Source: Paenibacillus sp. 1P03SA (GTDB lineage Bacteria; Bacillota; Bacilli; Paenibacillales; NBRC-103111). Taken from it: DNA of 40,000 nt. The notes under the pieces were generated by a model. That model did not search any database. It was not told the DNA's origin and saw nothing but the letters and a program-made list of their open reading frames with translations. Positions 25,482 through 37,791 of this stretch are shown here, piece after piece. The stretch's first letter is position 1; every line of letters begins with the position of its first letter. The position numbers and the translations under genes are program-made. The DNA lies in assembly GCF_047238265.1 (NCBI RefSeq), contig NZ_JBDFMM010000001.1:4931245-4971244 (forward strand), written 5' to 3'.

Positions 25482-27026
25482 CTAGTGTTTGAAATGACGA
25501 ACGCCGGTCATTACCATGGCGACGCCTTTATCGTTTGCCACTTTAATCGATTCTTCGTCTTTAATCGAACCGCCCGGCTGAATGACGGCCGTAATTCCGG
25601 CTGCCGCGGCAATTTCCAGCGTATCGCCCATCGGGAAAAACGCGTCGGAAGCGAGTACCGCACCCTTGGCCTTCTCGCCGGCCTGCTCAATCGCAATCTT
25701 GGCGGCGCCTACGCGGTTCATCTGGCCAGCGCCGATACCGATCGTCATATCCTCGGTCACCAGCACGATCGCGTTGGACTTCACGTGCTTGACGACTTTC
25801 CAGGCGAGCAGCAGTTGTTTCAGCTCGGCTTCCGTCGGCTCGCGGTCGGTCGCCACCTTAAGGTCGCCTTCCGAGATCGCGTGAACATCGCTTTCCTGTA
25901 CAAGCATGCCGCCTTCTACGGAAGTAACCAGGTGCAGCGCTTTGCGCTCTCCTACGTTAAAGTTGCCCAGCTTCAGCAAACGGATGTTTTTCTTTTTCTG
26001 GAGGATTTCCAGCGCTTCGGCCGTAAAGTCAGGCGCAATAACGATCTCCAGGAAAATTTCGTGCAGCAGCTGCGCCGTTTCTCCGTCGATCGGACGGTTA
26101 GCCGCGATAATTCCGCCGAAAATGGACGTAGGATCGGCCGCGTATGCTTTCTCGTACGCTTCCTTCACGGACGTGCCGATTCCGACGCCGCACGGGTTCA
26201 TATGCTTCACGGCGACGACAGCGGGCTCCGTAAATTCCTTCACGATTTGCAGCGCCGCATTCGCATCGTTGATGTTGTTGTAAGAAAGCTCTTTGCCGTG
26301 GATCTGCTCCGCTGTCGCGATGCTGCCTTCACCCGCAAGCGGTTTGCGGTAAAACGCCGCTTTCTGATGAGGATTTTCCCCGTAACGCAGGTCCTGAACC
26401 TTCTCGTACGTAACCGTATAGCGTTCCGGGAACTCTTCTCCCACTTGACCGGACAAATATTCGGAGATCAGGGAATCGTAAGCCGCCGTGTGACGGAAAA
26501 CTTTTGCCGCCAGGCGTTTGCGCGTTTGAAGTGTCGTATCGGCATTTTCACGGACTTCGGCAAGTACCGTATCATAATCGGCCGCATCCACCACAACCGA
26601 GACGAAAGCGTGGTTTTTCGCTGCCGAGCGCAGCATCGTAGGTCCGCCGATATCGATGTTTTCCACCGCATCCGCATACTCCACATCCGGCTTTGCGATC
26701 GTTTGCGCGAACGGGTACAGGTTGACGATCACGAGGTCGATATACCCAAGACCCAGCTCTTCCATCACTTTGCGGTGCTCCGCATCGTCACGGATGGCCA
26801 GAAGGCCGCTGTGTACGGCGGGATGCAGCGTTTTTACGCGCCCGTCGAGAATTTCCGGAAATCCCGTCACATCGGAAATGCCGATGACCGGTACTCCCTC
26901 TTTTTCCAGAAGGGTCTTCGTTCCCCCCGTCGAAATAAGTTCGACGCCCAGCTTTGCCAGCTCCGACGCGAATTCCACAATGCCCGTTTTGTCCGATACG
27001 CTGATTAACGCTCTTTTGATTGCCAC
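25482..27026 (-). CDS. purH: Bifunctional AICAR transformylase / IMP cyclohydrolase PurH
   Basis: [15 protein letters not shown] and a C-terminal [10 protein letters not shown]. Confidence 0.95.
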   Translation of the reverse strand: MAIKRALISVSDKTGIVEFASELAKLGVELISTGGTKTLLEKEGVPVIGISDVTGFPEILDGRVKTLHPAVHSGLLAIRDDAEHRKVMEELGLGYIDLVIVNLYPFAQTIAKPDVEYADAVENIDIGGPTMLRSAAKNHAFVSVVVDAADYDTVLAEVRENADTTLQTRKRLAAKVFRHTAAYDSLISEYLSGQVGEEFPERYTVTYEKVQDLRYGENPHQKAAFYRKPLAGEGSIATAEQIHGKELSYNNINDANAALQIVKEFTEPAVVAVKHMNPCGVGIGTSVKEAYEKAYAADPTSIFGGIIAANRPIDGETAQLLHEIFLEIVIAPDFTAEALEILQKKKNIRLLKLGNFNVGERKALHLVTSVEGGMLVQESDVHAISEGDLKVATDREPTEAELKQLLLAWKVVKHVKSNAIVLVTEDMTIGIGAGQMNRVGAAKIAIEQAGEKAKGAVLASDAFFPMGDTLEIAAAAGITAVIQPGGSIKDEESIKVANDKGVAMVMTGVRHFKH

Positions 27027-27111
27027 GATTTCTCCTCCTATGGGTTGGAAAGTCTGGTTTAAACCTTTGTATACTTCATGCGATTAAATCTCTCCGTACA
27101 AAAAGCTCCTT

Positions 27112-27750
27112 CTATTGTTCCGCAGCCTCGGCCGTCTCCGGTTCCGAAATACGCACAAGCTGGCCTTCCAGCGTCACGCGTCCTTCCGCGATCCAGCCGA
27201 TCGCAAGAGGAAGCAGCTCATGCTCCGCCGCATGCATGCGCCCGGTCAGGCTTTCTGCCGTATCGTCCTCCCGGATTTCGATGGCGCGCTGGGCGATAAT
27301 CGGTCCCGAATCGAGCCCCCCGTCGACGTAATGCACCGTAACCCCGGTCACTTTAACGCCGTATTCGAGCGCCTGATCGATCCCTTTGATTCCCGGAAAA
27401 GACGGGAGCAGAGACGGATGCACATTAATCATCCGGCCGTAAAACGGCTCCACCAGCACCGGCGTCAAAATCCGCATATAACCGGCGAGCACGATCAGAT
27501 CAATTTCTTTCTCACGCAGAAGCTGAAGAATTTCGGTTTCGTAAGCTTCCCGGCTGTCGTACGTTTTGGGAGAAAAAGCGAAAACAGGCACGTCCGCCTG
27601 TTTTGCCCGTTCCACCACTTTCGACTGCGGCCGGTCGCTGACGAGCAGCGTGAGCTCCGCTTCAAGTCTGCCGCCGCGAACGGCGTCCGCGACCGCTTGA
27701 AAATTCGACCCGCTTCCCGAAGCAAACACGGCGATCCGCAGTTTCCCCAT
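27112..27750 (-). CDS. purN: Phosphoribosylglycinamide formyltransferase PurN
   Basis: IAVFASGSGSNFQA and NVHPSLLPSFPG. Confidence 0.95.
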   Translation of the reverse strand: MGKLRIAVFASGSGSNFQAVADAVRGGRLEAELTLLVSDRPQSKVVERAKQADVPVFAFSPKTYDSREAYETEILQLLREKEIDLIVLAGYMRILTPVLVEPFYGRMINVHPSLLPSFPGIKGIDQALEYGVKVTGVTVHYVDGGLDSGPIIAQRAIEIREDDTAESLTGRMHAAEHELLPLAIGWIAEGRVTLEGQLVRISEPETAEAAEQ

Positions 27751-27751
27751 T

Positions 27752-28792
27752 CTAAACCTCCGCGCCTTCGAATGTCACGATTTTATCGCCTTCCGTCACT
27801 TCCCCGATCCGGTAAGCTTCATGACCGTACGATGCGGCAATTTCCAGCGCCTTCTCCGCATCTTCCTGTGCCACGATGATGACCATGCCGATCCCCATGT
27901 TGAACGTACGGAACATATCATTGTTCGTAATGTCGCCTTCACGCTGCATAAGGGAGAAAATCGGCAGAATCGGCCAGGAACCGTACTGAATGTTGACGTT
28001 CACGCCTTCCGGCAGCGTACGCGGGATGTTTTCTAGGAAGCCTCCGCCCGTAATGTGAGCGGCGCCTTTGATCTCCACCTGCTCCAGAATGCCGAGAACC
28101 GGCTTCACATAAAGCTTCGTCGGCTCCAGCAGCACGTCTCCGAGAACTCCGCCAAGCTCTTCGATGTTGTCATGGAGGCTGTGTCCCTTTTCTTCCAAGA
28201 GCAGCTTGCGCACGAGCGAGAAGCCGTTGCTGTGCACGCCGCTCGAAGCAAGCCCGATCACGGCGTCGCCGGGGCGGACGGTGGAGCCGTCGATGATTTT
28301 TTTCTTATCCACGATTCCTACGGTAAAACCGGCAATGTCATACTCCCCTTCCGTATACATGCCCGGCATTTCCGCCGTTTCTCCGCCGATCAGCGAACAG
28401 CCGGATTCCGCGCAGCCGTCGGCAATCCCTTTTACAATCGCTTCGATCTTCCCGGGAATGACACGGTCGCAGGCCAGATAGTCCAGGAAAAAGAGCGGCT
28501 CCGCACCCTGCACCACGATATCGTTGACGCACATCGCCACGGCATCGATCCCGATCGTATCATGCTTGTCCATCGCAAACGCGATTTTGAGCTTCGTTCC
28601 GACGCCGTCGGTGCCCGATACGAGTACCGGCTCTTCGTACTTGTCCTTGTTCAGGCTGAACAGCGAGCCGAATCCGCCGAGTCCCGTCAGCACTTCCGGA
28701 CGGAATGTTCTCTGCACATGTTTCTTCATCCGTTCTACGGCTTCGTTACCGGCCGCGATGTCGACACCCGCTTTTTTGTATGCCTCCGACAC
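27752..28792 (-). CDS. purM: Phosphoribosylformylglycinamidine cyclo-ligase PurM
   Basis: [11 protein letters not shown] and DGVGTK. I prefer the GTG at 28792, which has GGGAG 8 nt upstream and matches the Bacillus PurM N-terminus. The track start is 28801. Confidence 0.93.
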   Translation of the reverse strand: MSEAYKKAGVDIAAGNEAVERMKKHVQRTFRPEVLTGLGGFGSLFSLNKDKYEEPVLVSGTDGVGTKLKIAFAMDKHDTIGIDAVAMCVNDIVVQGAEPLFFLDYLACDRVIPGKIEAIVKGIADGCAESGCSLIGGETAEMPGMYTEGEYDIAGFTVGIVDKKKIIDGSTVRPGDAVIGLASSGVHSNGFSLVRKLLLEEKGHSLHDNIEELGGVLGDVLLEPTKLYVKPVLGILEQVEIKGAAHITGGGFLENIPRTLPEGVNVNIQYGSWPILPIFSLMQREGDITNNDMFRTFNMGIGMVIIVAQEDAEKALEIAASYGHEAYRIGEVTEGDKIVTFEGAEV

Positions 28793-28895
28793 TAGTCTCA
28801 CTCCCTATTGGTTTGAAAAGCAGACCGCCGATAAGCGGCCATGCCTTCCATGCTTGGTTATCTTCTGATTCATCATTTGTCGCTCTGTGGCAGAC

Positions 28896-30377
28896 TTAAC
28901 AGCCGCAGCCCACCGCATCCTCACTGTCGTTCACGTACGTAACGTAGCGGTTATCGAAGCAGCCCGTACAGAAGCCGCCGTTCTCCACGCCGTCCTTGCG
29001 GCCGATCGAGTCGATCAGTCCTTCCTGGCTGAGGAAGTAAAGCGAGTCCGCATTGATCGCCAGCCGGATCTCCTCAATCGTTTTCTGCGCCGCGATCAGA
29101 TCTTTGCGGCTAGGCGTATCGATTCCGTAGAAGCACGGGTTCTGGAACGGAGGCGATGAAATGCGCACGTGCACTTCCGTTGCTCCCGCCTCCCGGAGCA
29201 GGTTTACGATGCGCAGCGAAGTCGTTCCGCGGACAATCGAATCGTCGATCATGACGACGCGCTTGCCTTCCACAACCTTGCGCACGGCGCTCAGCTTCAT
29301 CTTTACGCCCTGTTCGCGCAGCTCCTGGCTCGGCTGGATGAAGGTCCGGCCCGTATAGCGGTTTTTGATCAGCCCGAGCTCGTAAGGAATGCCGGTCTGC
29401 TCGGCAAAACCGATGGCGGCCGACGTGCTTGAATCCGGCACGCCGGTCACCAGATCCGCGTCCACGAACGCTTCCGCCGCGAGACGTTTACCCATCCGCT
29501 TGCGGGCGGAGTGGACGTTGATCGCATCGATGTCGCTGTCGGGACGGGCGAAATAAATATATTCCATCGCGCATGTAGCGCGTGTCTGACTTTCCGTGAA
29601 ACGGTCTTCCGTGAGCCCGTTCCGGTCCAGGACCAGCAGCTCGCCCGGCAGAAGATCGCGCATATACGTGCCGCCGACGATGTCGAAGGCGCAGGATTCC
29701 GACGCGAACAGATACGCGTCGCCCAGCTTGCCCATCGCGAAAGGCCGCAGCCCGTTCGGGTCGAGCGCCGCGATCAGCTTGTCCTTCGTCAGGATCAGGA
29801 ACGCGTAGGCGCCGATTACCTGCTGCAGGGCGTCTTTGACCGCGTCGACGATATCATCGTGCTTGGAGCGCGCGATAAGATGCGCGACCACTTCGGTGTC
29901 GCTCGTCGTCTGAAAGATCGAGCCCTGCTTTTCGAGCTGCTGGCGGATTTCGCCGGCGTTCACCAGGTTGCCGTTCGTCGCTACGGCGAGATCGCCTTCG
30001 CGGTATTTGAACACGAGGGGCTGAGCGTTCGCCAGCTTGCTTTCGCCCGCCGTCGAGTAACGCACGTGGGCGATGGCCGATGTGCCGACAAGTGTAGGCA
30101 GGTTCGACTGATCGAACACTTCCTTCACAAGGCCCATGCCCCGGAAGTAGTTAAAATTATCCGCGTCCGCCGTACAGATGCCGGCGCTCTCCTGTCCCCT
30201 GTGCTGCAGCGCGTGCAGCCCGTAGTAGGACAAGGAAGCCGCGTCCGGATGCCCGAAGACACCGAACACGCCGCATTCCTCTTTTAACTTATCGAACAGA
30301 CCGTCATGTCCGCCGTGGCCTTCGTTATAGTAAGAACCAGTCCACAGCCCCTTACCCGATGTTACTGCATCAGACAT
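28896..30377 (-). CDS. purF: Amidophosphoribosyltransferase PurF with a long N-terminal propeptide
   Basis: The [12 protein letters not shown] Ntn cysteine, the PRT motif [13 protein letters not shown], and C-terminal Fe-S cysteines. The start is ATG 30377 (overlapping the purL end) or TTG 30395. Confidence 0.93.
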   Translation of the reverse strand: MSDAVTSGKGLWTGSYYNEGHGGHDGLFDKLKEECGVFGVFGHPDAASLSYYGLHALQHRGQESAGICTADADNFNYFRGMGLVKEVFDQSNLPTLVGTSAIAHVRYSTAGESKLANAQPLVFKYREGDLAVATNGNLVNAGEIRQQLEKQGSIFQTTSDTEVVAHLIARSKHDDIVDAVKDALQQVIGAYAFLILTKDKLIAALDPNGLRPFAMGKLGDAYLFASESCAFDIVGGTYMRDLLPGELLVLDRNGLTEDRFTESQTRATCAMEYIYFARPDSDIDAINVHSARKRMGKRLAAEAFVDADLVTGVPDSSTSAAIGFAEQTGIPYELGLIKNRYTGRTFIQPSQELREQGVKMKLSAVRKVVEGKRVVMIDDSIVRGTTSLRIVNLLREAGATEVHVRISSPPFQNPCFYGIDTPSRKDLIAAQKTIEEIRLAINADSLYFLSQEGLIDSIGRKDGVENGGFCTGCFDNRYVTYVNDSEDAVGCGC

Positions 30378-32605
30378 GGTATCGCGTCCTTCCAAACCTG
30401 CCTCAGCTCCGAAATAGAGGCTTGAACGGCAGGTTTTCCGTTAATGTCGACCTTCACGTTCGTTCCGGTTACCGTTCCGATAACTTCCGCCTGTACGTTC
30501 TTCTCTTGAAGCAGGGCGATCAGCGCGTCCCGCTTCTCCGGACGGCAGCTGAGCAGGATGCGGGACTGGCTCTCGCTGAAGAGCGCGTGATCCGCGCGCA
30601 GCTCCGTGCGGAAGTCCACGTCCGCGCCAAGTCCGCCGGAGATGCTGCTTTCCGCCACGGCAGCCGCCAGGCCGCCTTCGGAGAGATCATGCGCCGATGC
30701 GACAAGACCTTCGCGGATCGCGGCCAGGACGCCCGCGTGCAGGCGCTTCTCGGTCTCCAGGTCCAGCTGCGGCGGACGGCCTTCAACCACGCCGTGCACG
30801 ACTTTCTGGAACTCGCTTCCGCCAAGCTCGGCTTTCGTTTCGCCCAGCAGGACGATAACGTCGCCTTCGTTCTTGAAGCCTTGGGTCGTAATATGATCCG
30901 TGTCCTGGATCAGGCCGACCATGCCGACAACCGGCGTCGGGTAAATGGCGCCCTTCGCGTTCTCGTTGTACAGCGACACGTTTCCGCCGATAACCGGTGT
31001 GCTCAGCTCGCGGCAGGCTTCGGCCATGCCGTCGACCGCTTTTTCAAGCTGCCAGAAAATTTCCGGCTTCTCCGGGCTTCCGAAGTTAAGGTTATCCGTC
31101 ACGGCAAGCGGCTCTCCGCCCGAACAAACGATGTTGCGCGCCGCTTCGCTGACCGCGATGCGTCCGCCCACTTCCGGATCAAGATACACGTAACGGCTGT
31201 TGCAGTCCGTTGTCATGGCAAGCGCTTTGCGGGTGCCGCGGATCGTGACGACCGCCGCATCCGAGCCCGGCTGTACGGCCGTGCTTGTGCGTACCATGTA
31301 ATCATATTGGTTATAGACCCACTCTTTGCTCGCCACGGTCGGAGAGCCCAGGATGCTTTTCAGCGCCCCGTTCAGATCGGTCACTTCTTCATAACGGCTC
31401 GTATCCGTGTTCGCCTGCTCGGTGTAATAAGCGGGAACGGCGGACGGCTTGTTGTATACCGGGCACTCGTCGACAAGTGCCGTTACCGGCATATCGCCTA
31501 CGACTTGGCCTTGGTGGAAAAGCTTCAAGCGGCCGTCGTCGGTCACCTTGCCGACTTTGGCGCAGATGACGTCCCAGCGCTCGAAAATTTCGAGAGCCTG
31601 CGCTTCATCCTTCGGATCGATAACGAACAGCATACGCTCCTGGGATTCCGACAGCATCATCTCGTAAGGCGTCATGCCTTCCTCGCGCTGCGGCACTTCA
31701 TCCAGGTACAGCTCAAGACCGTTGCCCGCCTTGCTCGCCATTTCCGCGCTGGAGCAGGTAAGGCCTGCCGCGCCCATGTCTTGAATGCCGAGCACGATGC
31801 CCGTGTCGATCAGCTCCAGGCAGGATTCCATCACGAGCTTCTCCATGAACGGATCGCCTACCTGCACGGCAGGACGCTTCGCTTCGGATTCGCTTGTCAG
31901 CTCTTCGGACGCGAAGGTCGCGCCGTGAATACCGTCACGGCCTGTTGCCGGGCCGACGTAATAAACCGGGTTGCCGACGCCTTTGGCCACGCCGCGCTGG
32001 ATTTTGTCATGGTCGATCAGACCGACGCACATGGCGTTAACGAGCGGGTTGCCTTCATAGCTTTCGTCAAAGGTAATTTCGCCGCCTACCGTCGGAATTC
32101 CGATACAGTTGCCGTAGCCGGCAATACCGGAAACAACGTGCTCGAACAAATATTTGACCCGATCGTTCTGGAGACGTCCGAAGCGCAGGGAGTTGAGAAG
32201 CGCCACCGGACGCGCGCCCATCGAGAAAATATCGCGGATAATGCCGCCGACTCCCGTTGCCGCGCCTTGGTACGGCTCAATCGCAGACGGATGGTTATGA
32301 CTTTCGATTTTGAACACGACAGCCTGGTTGTCGCCGATATCCACGATACCCGCGCCCTCGCCGGGACCCATCAATACGCGTTCGCCGGTCGTAGGAAAAC
32401 GGCGGAGAAGCGGCTTGGAATTTTTGTAGGAGCAGTGCTCCGACCACATTACACTGAAGACGCCGATTTCCACGTAGTTCGGCTTGCGTCCGAGAAATCC
32501 GCAGATTTGATCGTATTCCGCATCGGTTACGCCCATCTGCTTATAGATTTTCTGCTCGGCGATCTGCTCCGCGTTCGGTTCCTTAGCGGCTAACTGCTGT
32601 GCCAT
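30362..32605 (-). CDS. purL: Phosphoribosylformylglycinamidine synthase subunit PurL
   Basis: 747 aa with [11 protein letters not shown] and [24 protein letters not shown]. Confidence 0.95.
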   Translation of the reverse strand: MAQQLAAKEPNAEQIAEQKIYKQMGVTDAEYDQICGFLGRKPNYVEIGVFSVMWSEHCSYKNSKPLLRRFPTTGERVLMGPGEGAGIVDIGDNQAVVFKIESHNHPSAIEPYQGAATGVGGIIRDIFSMGARPVALLNSLRFGRLQNDRVKYLFEHVVSGIAGYGNCIGIPTVGGEITFDESYEGNPLVNAMCVGLIDHDKIQRGVAKGVGNPVYYVGPATGRDGIHGATFASEELTSESEAKRPAVQVGDPFMEKLVMESCLELIDTGIVLGIQDMGAAGLTCSSAEMASKAGNGLELYLDEVPQREEGMTPYEMMLSESQERMLFVIDPKDEAQALEIFERWDVICAKVGKVTDDGRLKLFHQGQVVGDMPVTALVDECPVYNKPSAVPAYYTEQANTDTSRYEEVTDLNGALKSILGSPTVASKEWVYNQYDYMVRTSTAVQPGSDAAVVTIRGTRKALAMTTDCNSRYVYLDPEVGGRIAVSEAARNIVCSGGEPLAVTDNLNFGSPEKPEIFWQLEKAVDGMAEACRELSTPVIGGNVSLYNENAKGAIYPTPVVGMVGLIQDTDHITTQGFKNEGDVIVLLGETKAELGGSEFQKVVHGVVEGRPPQLDLETEKRLHAGVLAAIREGLVASAHDLSEGGLAAAVAESSISGGLGADVDFRTELRADHALFSESQSRILLSCRPEKRDALIALLQEKNVQAEVIGTVTGTNVKVDINGKPAVQASISELRQVWKDAIPCLMQ

Positions 32606-33278
32606 GTTGTTCCCTCCAAGCGTTTAAAATCGACGTAAACATCCGTTTGCCATCAGCCGAACCGAGAATTTCGTCCACGGCCCGTTCCGGATGGGGCATC
32701 ATGCCCACAATGTTGCCTTCTTTATTGCAAATTCCCGCAATATCGTCAACCGAACCGTTCGGGTTCGTGTCCGTTTCATAACGGAAAACAATCTGATTGT
32801 TCTGCTGAAGCCCGCGCAGCGTCTCTTCGTCGCAGTAGTAGTTGCCTTCCCCGTGCGCGATCGGGATGTTGATCACTTCGCCTTCCGCATAATCGGAAGT
32901 GAACGGAGTCGCGTTATTCACCACTTTAAGCAAAGTGGAATGACAGCGGAATTTAAGCGAGCGGTTGCGCAGCAGTGCGCCGGGCAGCAGACCCGCCTCC
33001 GTCAGAACTTGAAAACCGTTGCAAATGCCAAGAATATATTTGCCCTGCTCCGCCGCCTTCATAAGAGCCTGGGTTACCGAAGCAAAACGGGCAATCGCGC
33101 CGCAGCGCAGATAGTCACCGTAAGAAAATCCGCCCGGTACGAGAATGCAATCGTATTCGGACAAGTCCGTGGCCGTATGCCACACGTAATCGACGGGTTC
33201 GCCCACCGTGTCCTCGACCGCTTTGTAGCAATCGATGTCACAGTTCGAACCGGGATATACCAGTACCGCAAATTTCAT
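32583..33278 (-). CDS. purQ: Phosphoribosylformylglycinamidine synthase glutaminase subunit PurQ
   Basis: [21 protein letters not shown] and MPHPER. Confidence 0.95.
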   Translation of the reverse strand: MKFAVLVYPGSNCDIDCYKAVEDTVGEPVDYVWHTATDLSEYDCILVPGGFSYGDYLRCGAIARFASVTQALMKAAEQGKYILGICNGFQVLTEAGLLPGALLRNRSLKFRCHSTLLKVVNNATPFTSDYAEGEVINIPIAHGEGNYYCDEETLRGLQQNNQIVFRYETDTNPNGSVDDIAGICNKEGNIVGMMPHPERAVDEILGSADGKRMFTSILNAWREQHGTAVSR

Positions 33279-33298
33279 GGGAATGTCCTCCTGATCCG

Positions 33299-33538
33299 TT
33301 AGTTCAGCTCGAAGCGGTAGTCTTCAATGACCGTATTCGCCAGCAGTTTCTCGCACATTGCTTTCAGACGCTCTTCCGCTTCCGCGCGGTCCGTCGTATC
33401 CAGTTCCAGCTCCAAATACTTGCCGACGCGTACTTTGCCGACTTCTTCAAATCCCATCGAGTGCAGTGCGCCTTGAACGGCATTTCCCTGCGGATCCAAT
33501 ACACTTTGCTTAATCGTCACATAGACGGTTGCTTTCAT
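33299..33538 (-). CDS. purS: Phosphoribosylformylglycinamidine synthase subunit PurS
   Basis: 79 aa, with [16 protein letters not shown]. Confidence 0.9.
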   Translation of the reverse strand: MKATVYVTIKQSVLDPQGNAVQGALHSMGFEEVGKVRVGKYLELELDTTDRAEAEERLKAMCEKLLANTVIEDYRFELN

Positions 33539-33874
33539 TACGGTTTGTCCTCCCTTGGTATCACGATCGCCGTCTGTTTACATGCGGCTGTCTGACCGTT
33601 CTTGGCATCTGTTTTTGTAATCTTCTGACTCTTTATCCTTGAAAAAGTTAATCTCCTGAAAAATAAAGCTGATTTATTCTTCAAACGCTGTGCCGTAAAG
33701 GCGGTTAATCGTCCGCTCCCTCCATCTTTCATGACAGAAATCGTTAACGGACCGATAAACCCAGCCTGCATGACGGCTTGACCGGATGCCTGCACATCTT
33801 CCCGGATAACGGACCGCGTCCCGAAAGTCTGTACCGGGCTCCGCCTCACTCGGCAAAACCCGGCGCAGCTTCTC

Positions 33875-34768
33875 TTACTCGGTTTCTTCCGTTAAACGCT
33901 TTAAAATCTCGCGGTACCTGCGGGAAGTTTCCTCCACCACGGAATCCGGGAGCGGATCCGGGGCGCTGTTCTTGTCCCAGCCGGAGTTCGCCAGATACGT
34001 ACGGACAGGTTCTTTGTCCATCGAATCGATCTCCGTATCCAGCTCGTACTTATCTTTAGCCCAGTAGCGGGAAGAGTCCGGCGTGAAAATTTCGTCGATC
34101 AGAATCAGCTCGCCGCCGATAAATCCGAATTCGAACTTGGTATCCGCCAAAATGATGCCGCGGTGCTCGCAATACGTATGAGCGAGGGTGTAAAGCATGA
34201 TGCTCTTGGTCATCAGCTGCTCCGTTACCTTCTCGCCGACCAGCTCGCACATTTGATCGTAAGTGATGTCCTCGTCGTGACCGACATCGTTCTTCGCGGC
34301 CGGAGTGAAGATCGGGTGCTCCAGCACCTGGTTTTTGCGCAGACCTTCCGGAAGCCGGATGCCGTTGATCATGCCGGTTTCCTGGTACTGGCGCCAGCCT
34401 CCGCCGGTAATATAGCCGCGCACGACGCATTCGACCGGAATGCGGGTCGCTTTTTTGGTAACCATTACGCGGTCTTTCAGAAGCGCTGGCTCCGTAACAA
34501 GATCTCCCAGGAGCTCAACGTCGCAGTGAACCACGTGATTTTCCATAAAAGGCGTCGTCAGCTCAAACCAGAACTTGCTCAGCGTGTTAAGCACGTTGCC
34601 CTTATCCGGCACGGCCGGGTCCAGCACATAGTCGAAAGCGGAGATGCGGTCCGTGACGACGATCAGGAAATGCTCGCCCAAGTCGTACAATTCACGGACT
34701 TTGCCTTTGTATACCAAAGGCGCTTTAATGAGATGTTCGGCGGTCGACAATGCGACGGATGCGCCCAT
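33875..34768 (-). CDS. purC: SAICAR synthetase PurC
   Basis: LVYKGKVRELYDLG, TDRISAFD and ILADTKFEFG. Confidence 0.93.
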   Translation of the reverse strand: MGASVALSTAEHLIKAPLVYKGKVRELYDLGEHFLIVVTDRISAFDYVLDPAVPDKGNVLNTLSKFWFELTTPFMENHVVHCDVELLGDLVTEPALLKDRVMVTKKATRIPVECVVRGYITGGGWRQYQETGMINGIRLPEGLRKNQVLEHPIFTPAAKNDVGHDEDITYDQMCELVGEKVTEQLMTKSIMLYTLAHTYCEHRGIILADTKFEFGFIGGELILIDEIFTPDSSRYWAKDKYELDTEIDSMDKEPVRTYLANSGWDKNSAPDPLPDSVVEETSRRYREILKRLTEETE

Positions 34769-34798
34769 GTTTGCGTCCTCCCAAGCAGATGTTCTGAA

Positions 34799-36094
34799 TT
34801 ATTTTAAGCCCAGACGGTCAAAAATCGTATCCACATGCTTCAGATGCCAGCTTGGGTTAAAGCAGTCTTCGATTTCCTCCGCATTCAGCAGCTCGGTAAT
34901 GGCAGGAGTGTTTTCCACGATTTCGCGGAACGAACGCTGCTCTTCCCAGGCCTGCATGGCGCGGGGTTGTACCGTGTCGTAGGCCTGCTCGCGGCTGAAG
35001 CCTTTGTCGATCAGCTTCGTCATTACGCGGCCGGAGAAAGGTACGCCGTACGTGCTTTGCATGTTGCGCTTCATATTTTCAGGGAACACCGTCAGGTTCT
35101 TCACGATGTTGCCGAAACGGTTGAGCATGTAGTTAAGCAGGATCGTCGCATCCGGTAAAATAATGCGCTCCACGGAGGAGTGCGAAATATCGCGCTCGTG
35201 CCACAGCGTGACGTTCTCATAAGCGGAAACCATGTGACCGCGGATAACGCGGGACAAACCGGAAATATTCTCCGATCCGATCGGATTCCGTTTGTGAGGC
35301 ATGGCCGACGAACCTTTTTGTCCTTTGGCGAAAGCTTCTTCCACTTCGCGGAATTCGCTCTTCTGAAGGGCACGGACCTCTGTCGCGAACTTGTCCAAAG
35401 ACGTGGCGATCAGGGCGAGAGTAGCCATATATTCCGCATGACGATCGCGCTGAAGGGTCTGTGTGGAGATCGGAGCCGGATTCGTACCCAGACGCTCGCA
35501 CACGAAGCGTTCCACGAAAGGATCGATGTTCGCGTAAGTACCGACAGCACCGGAAATCTTGCCGTACTGCACACCGTCCGCGGCAAAACGGAAACGCTCC
35601 AGATTCCGTTTCATTTCCTCATACCACAGGGCCATTTTCAAACCGAAGGTAGTCGGCTCGGCATGAACACCGTGGGTGCGCCCCATCATCGCCGTATGCT
35701 TATGTTCGATCGCTTTGTTTTTCAAGATTTCGATGAAGTTGAGAAGATCTTTTTCAAGAATTTCATTCGCCTGCTTCAAAAGGTAGCCCAGAGCCGTATC
35801 CACGACGTCCGTGGAAGTCAGGCCATAATGCACCCATTTACGCTCGGGACCGAGCTTCTCGGATACCGCGCGCGTGAAGGCAATCACGTCGTGACGGGTT
35901 TCCTGCTCGATTTCATAAATGCGGTCCATATCAAAATCCGCTTTGGCGCGCAGTTCTTTCACGTCTTCCTTAGGAATGACGCCAAGCTCTGACCAAGCCT
36001 CGCAGGAGAGAATTTCAACTTCAAGCCAAGCCTTGAATTTATTTTCTTCCGTCCAAATTTTGACCATTTCAGGCCGGCTGTATCTTTCGATCAT
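34799..36094 (-). CDS. purB: Adenylosuccinate lyase PurB
   Basis: [10 protein letters not shown] and the signature [12 protein letters not shown] prefer the ATG at 36094, which has GGAGG 7 nt upstream. The track ORF starts 27 codons earlier. Confidence 0.93.
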   Translation of the reverse strand: MIERYSRPEMVKIWTEENKFKAWLEVEILSCEAWSELGVIPKEDVKELRAKADFDMDRIYEIEQETRHDVIAFTRAVSEKLGPERKWVHYGLTSTDVVDTALGYLLKQANEILEKDLLNFIEILKNKAIEHKHTAMMGRTHGVHAEPTTFGLKMALWYEEMKRNLERFRFAADGVQYGKISGAVGTYANIDPFVERFVCERLGTNPAPISTQTLQRDRHAEYMATLALIATSLDKFATEVRALQKSEFREVEEAFAKGQKGSSAMPHKRNPIGSENISGLSRVIRGHMVSAYENVTLWHERDISHSSVERIILPDATILLNYMLNRFGNIVKNLTVFPENMKRNMQSTYGVPFSGRVMTKLIDKGFSREQAYDTVQPRAMQAWEEQRSFREIVENTPAITELLNAEEIEDCFNPSWHLKHVDTIFDRLGLK

Positions 36095-36297
36095 CGTTAA
36101 TCCTCCATCTGTATTCCGATTGGGTTGGTACCCTTGTTTTGTGCTTCCGGTTTTGACGAAGCTTATGTGTTGCATGCCCCTTAACGGGCTGACCTGTATC
36201 TAACGGCTTTCCCTTCTTGTGCCTCCGACGCTCGAATTGTCCCTGGTGCAGGTTTACTACACAAGGTCACCATCCGCGTTCAGGAAATCGGCTGCTT

Positions 36298-37791
36298 TTA
36301 ACGTATAGAATCCCAGATACCGGTGCGTTCCATCCATTCGGCTGCTTTAGCCGTATCGTCCGTAAGAAGGTTAATGTGCCCCATTTTCCGCTTCGTCTTG
36401 GCTTCATCTTTTCCGTACAAATGAAGCTTGGGCGTCACACCGCCGGATGCCGCGCTTTCTTCCGAACAGAACCATTTCAGCAGGGGTTCCATATGCTCTC
36501 CCAGCACGTTCACCATTACTACCGGTGTCAGCAGTTCCGTCGGACCAAGCGGCAGATTGCAGATGGCTCTGACGTGCTGCTCGAACTGAGAAGTCAGGCA
36601 AGCCTCCATCGTATAGTGCCCTGAATTATGCGGCCTAGGTGCGAGCTCATTCACGAACAGCTCCCCGTCCCGGGTCAAAAACATCTCAACGGCGATCAAT
36701 CCGACCGCTTCCATCGATTCCGCGATGCGGATCGCCAGACGTTCGGCCTCTTCTTGAACGGAGGCGCTGATCCGAGCCGGCACAATCGACATATGCAAAA
36801 TATTCTCGACATGAATATTCTCCGCTGCCGGAAAAGCTTTAACTTCTCCGCGGGGACTCCGCGCCGCGATTACGGATATTTCCTTCTCGAACCGGATGAA
36901 CTGTTCGAGCACCAGATCCGTACCCGCCCGGCTCAGTTCGGCAAAAGCATCCGGAATCTCATCCGCCGAGCGGATGACCCACTGGCCTTTGCCGTCGTAT
37001 CCGCCGGTTGCGGTCTTCAGCACGCAGGGCGTTCCGAATTTGCCGACAGCAGCGCGAAGATCCTCTTCGCTAGCAATCTCGGCATACGGGGCCACCCTCA
37101 CGCCGGCCGCCTCGATCGCACGCTTCTCGCGAAGCCTGTGCTGCGTCGTGTACAGCAGGGCGCTTCCCTGCGGCACATAGGCTTCCTGCGTCAGCAGCTT
37201 CGTCACCGCGGCGTCGACATTCTCGAATTCGTACGTAATGACGTCGGACACTCTCGCAAGCTCGCGCGCCGCGTCCACGTCTCCGTACGAAGCCTGGATC
37301 TGCCGGTCGGCCACTTGTCCGCACGGCGAGTCTGCGCCCGGTTCAAGTGTAACGAACCGGTAGCCCATATTGCGGCCCGCAAGCGCCAGCATGCGGCCGA
37401 GCTGTCCGCCGCCCAGCACACCGATGGTGCTTCCGGGCGGAATGACTTTGTGCTGCGCGGAAGATGCGCCAGCAGCCCCGGCAGCCGCATCCTGCGCCGC
37501 AGTGCTTGTGTTCTGCGCCGATGTAGGAGCTGCAGTGCTTGTGTTCTTCGCCGATGTAAGAGCTGCAGGATTGGCGTCCTGCGCCGCGATTTCAGGCCCA
37601 ACGTTGGCGTCCTGCCCCGGTTCGGTTTCGTGGCCCGTGAAGGTGTTAGGCTGTACCCGAACGGACTTCTCGACTGCTGCCTCCGAATCTGCTCTCTCCG
37701 CCTGTCCTGCTACGTTTAAGCCTTCGCTGCCGGTTAAGCTTACGTTCAGCTTAGCCTTTGCCGTTTCTTCTCCGCTGTTCTTCGCTGTCAT
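36298..37791 (-). CDS. purK: N5-carboxyaminoimidazole ribonucleotide synthase PurK with a ~115-aa low-complexity N-terminal extension
   Basis: The core is [12 protein letters not shown]...ATP-grasp. The only plausible start is the ATG at 37791, which overlaps the purE stop (ATGA). No ATG, GTG or TTG lies closer to the core. Confidence 0.88.
   Translation of the reverse strand: MTAKNSGEETAKAKLNVSLTGSEGLNVAGQAERADSEAAVEKSVRVQPNTFTGHETEPGQDANVGPEIAAQDANPAALTSAKNTSTAAPTSAQNTSTAAQDAAAGAAGASSAQHKVIPPGSTIGVLGGGQLGRMLALAGRNMGYRFVTLEPGADSPCGQVADRQIQASYGDVDAARELARVSDVITYEFENVDAAVTKLLTQEAYVPQGSALLYTTQHRLREKRAIEAAGVRVAPYAEIASEEDLRAAVGKFGTPCVLKTATGGYDGKGQWVIRSADEIPDAFAELSRAGTDLVLEQFIRFEKEISVIAARSPRGEVKAFPAAENIHVENILHMSIVPARISASVQEEAERLAIRIAESMEAVGLIAVEMFLTRDGELFVNELAPRPHNSGHYTMEACLTSQFEQHVRAICNLPLGPTELLTPVVMVNVLGEHMEPLLKWFCSEESAASGGVTPKLHLYGKDEAKTKRKMGHINLLTDDTAKAAEWMERTGIWDSIR
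37501..37566 (-). repeat. 33-bp tandem duplication (2 mismatches) inside the purK 5' extension
   Basis: The units are agtgcttgtgttctgcgccgatgtaggagctgc / agtgcttgtgttcttcgccgatgtaagagctgc, encoding ...TSA(K/Q)NTSTAA... Confidence 0.85.

Noticed and set aside
33538-33849. 103-aa minus-strand ORF filling the purC-purS spacer
   Set aside because: It has no Shine-Dalgarno and an odd composition, and its stop overlaps the purS start. It is treated as non-coding spacer.
33539-33874. ZTP (pfl-motif) riboswitch in the purC-purS spacer
   Set aside because: The segments CGGGACGCGGTCCG and GCAGGCTGGG only loosely resemble the conserved GGGTCGTGACTGGCG and CCGCCTGGGC cores. The pseudoknot-forming CGCC/GGCG pairing is absent.
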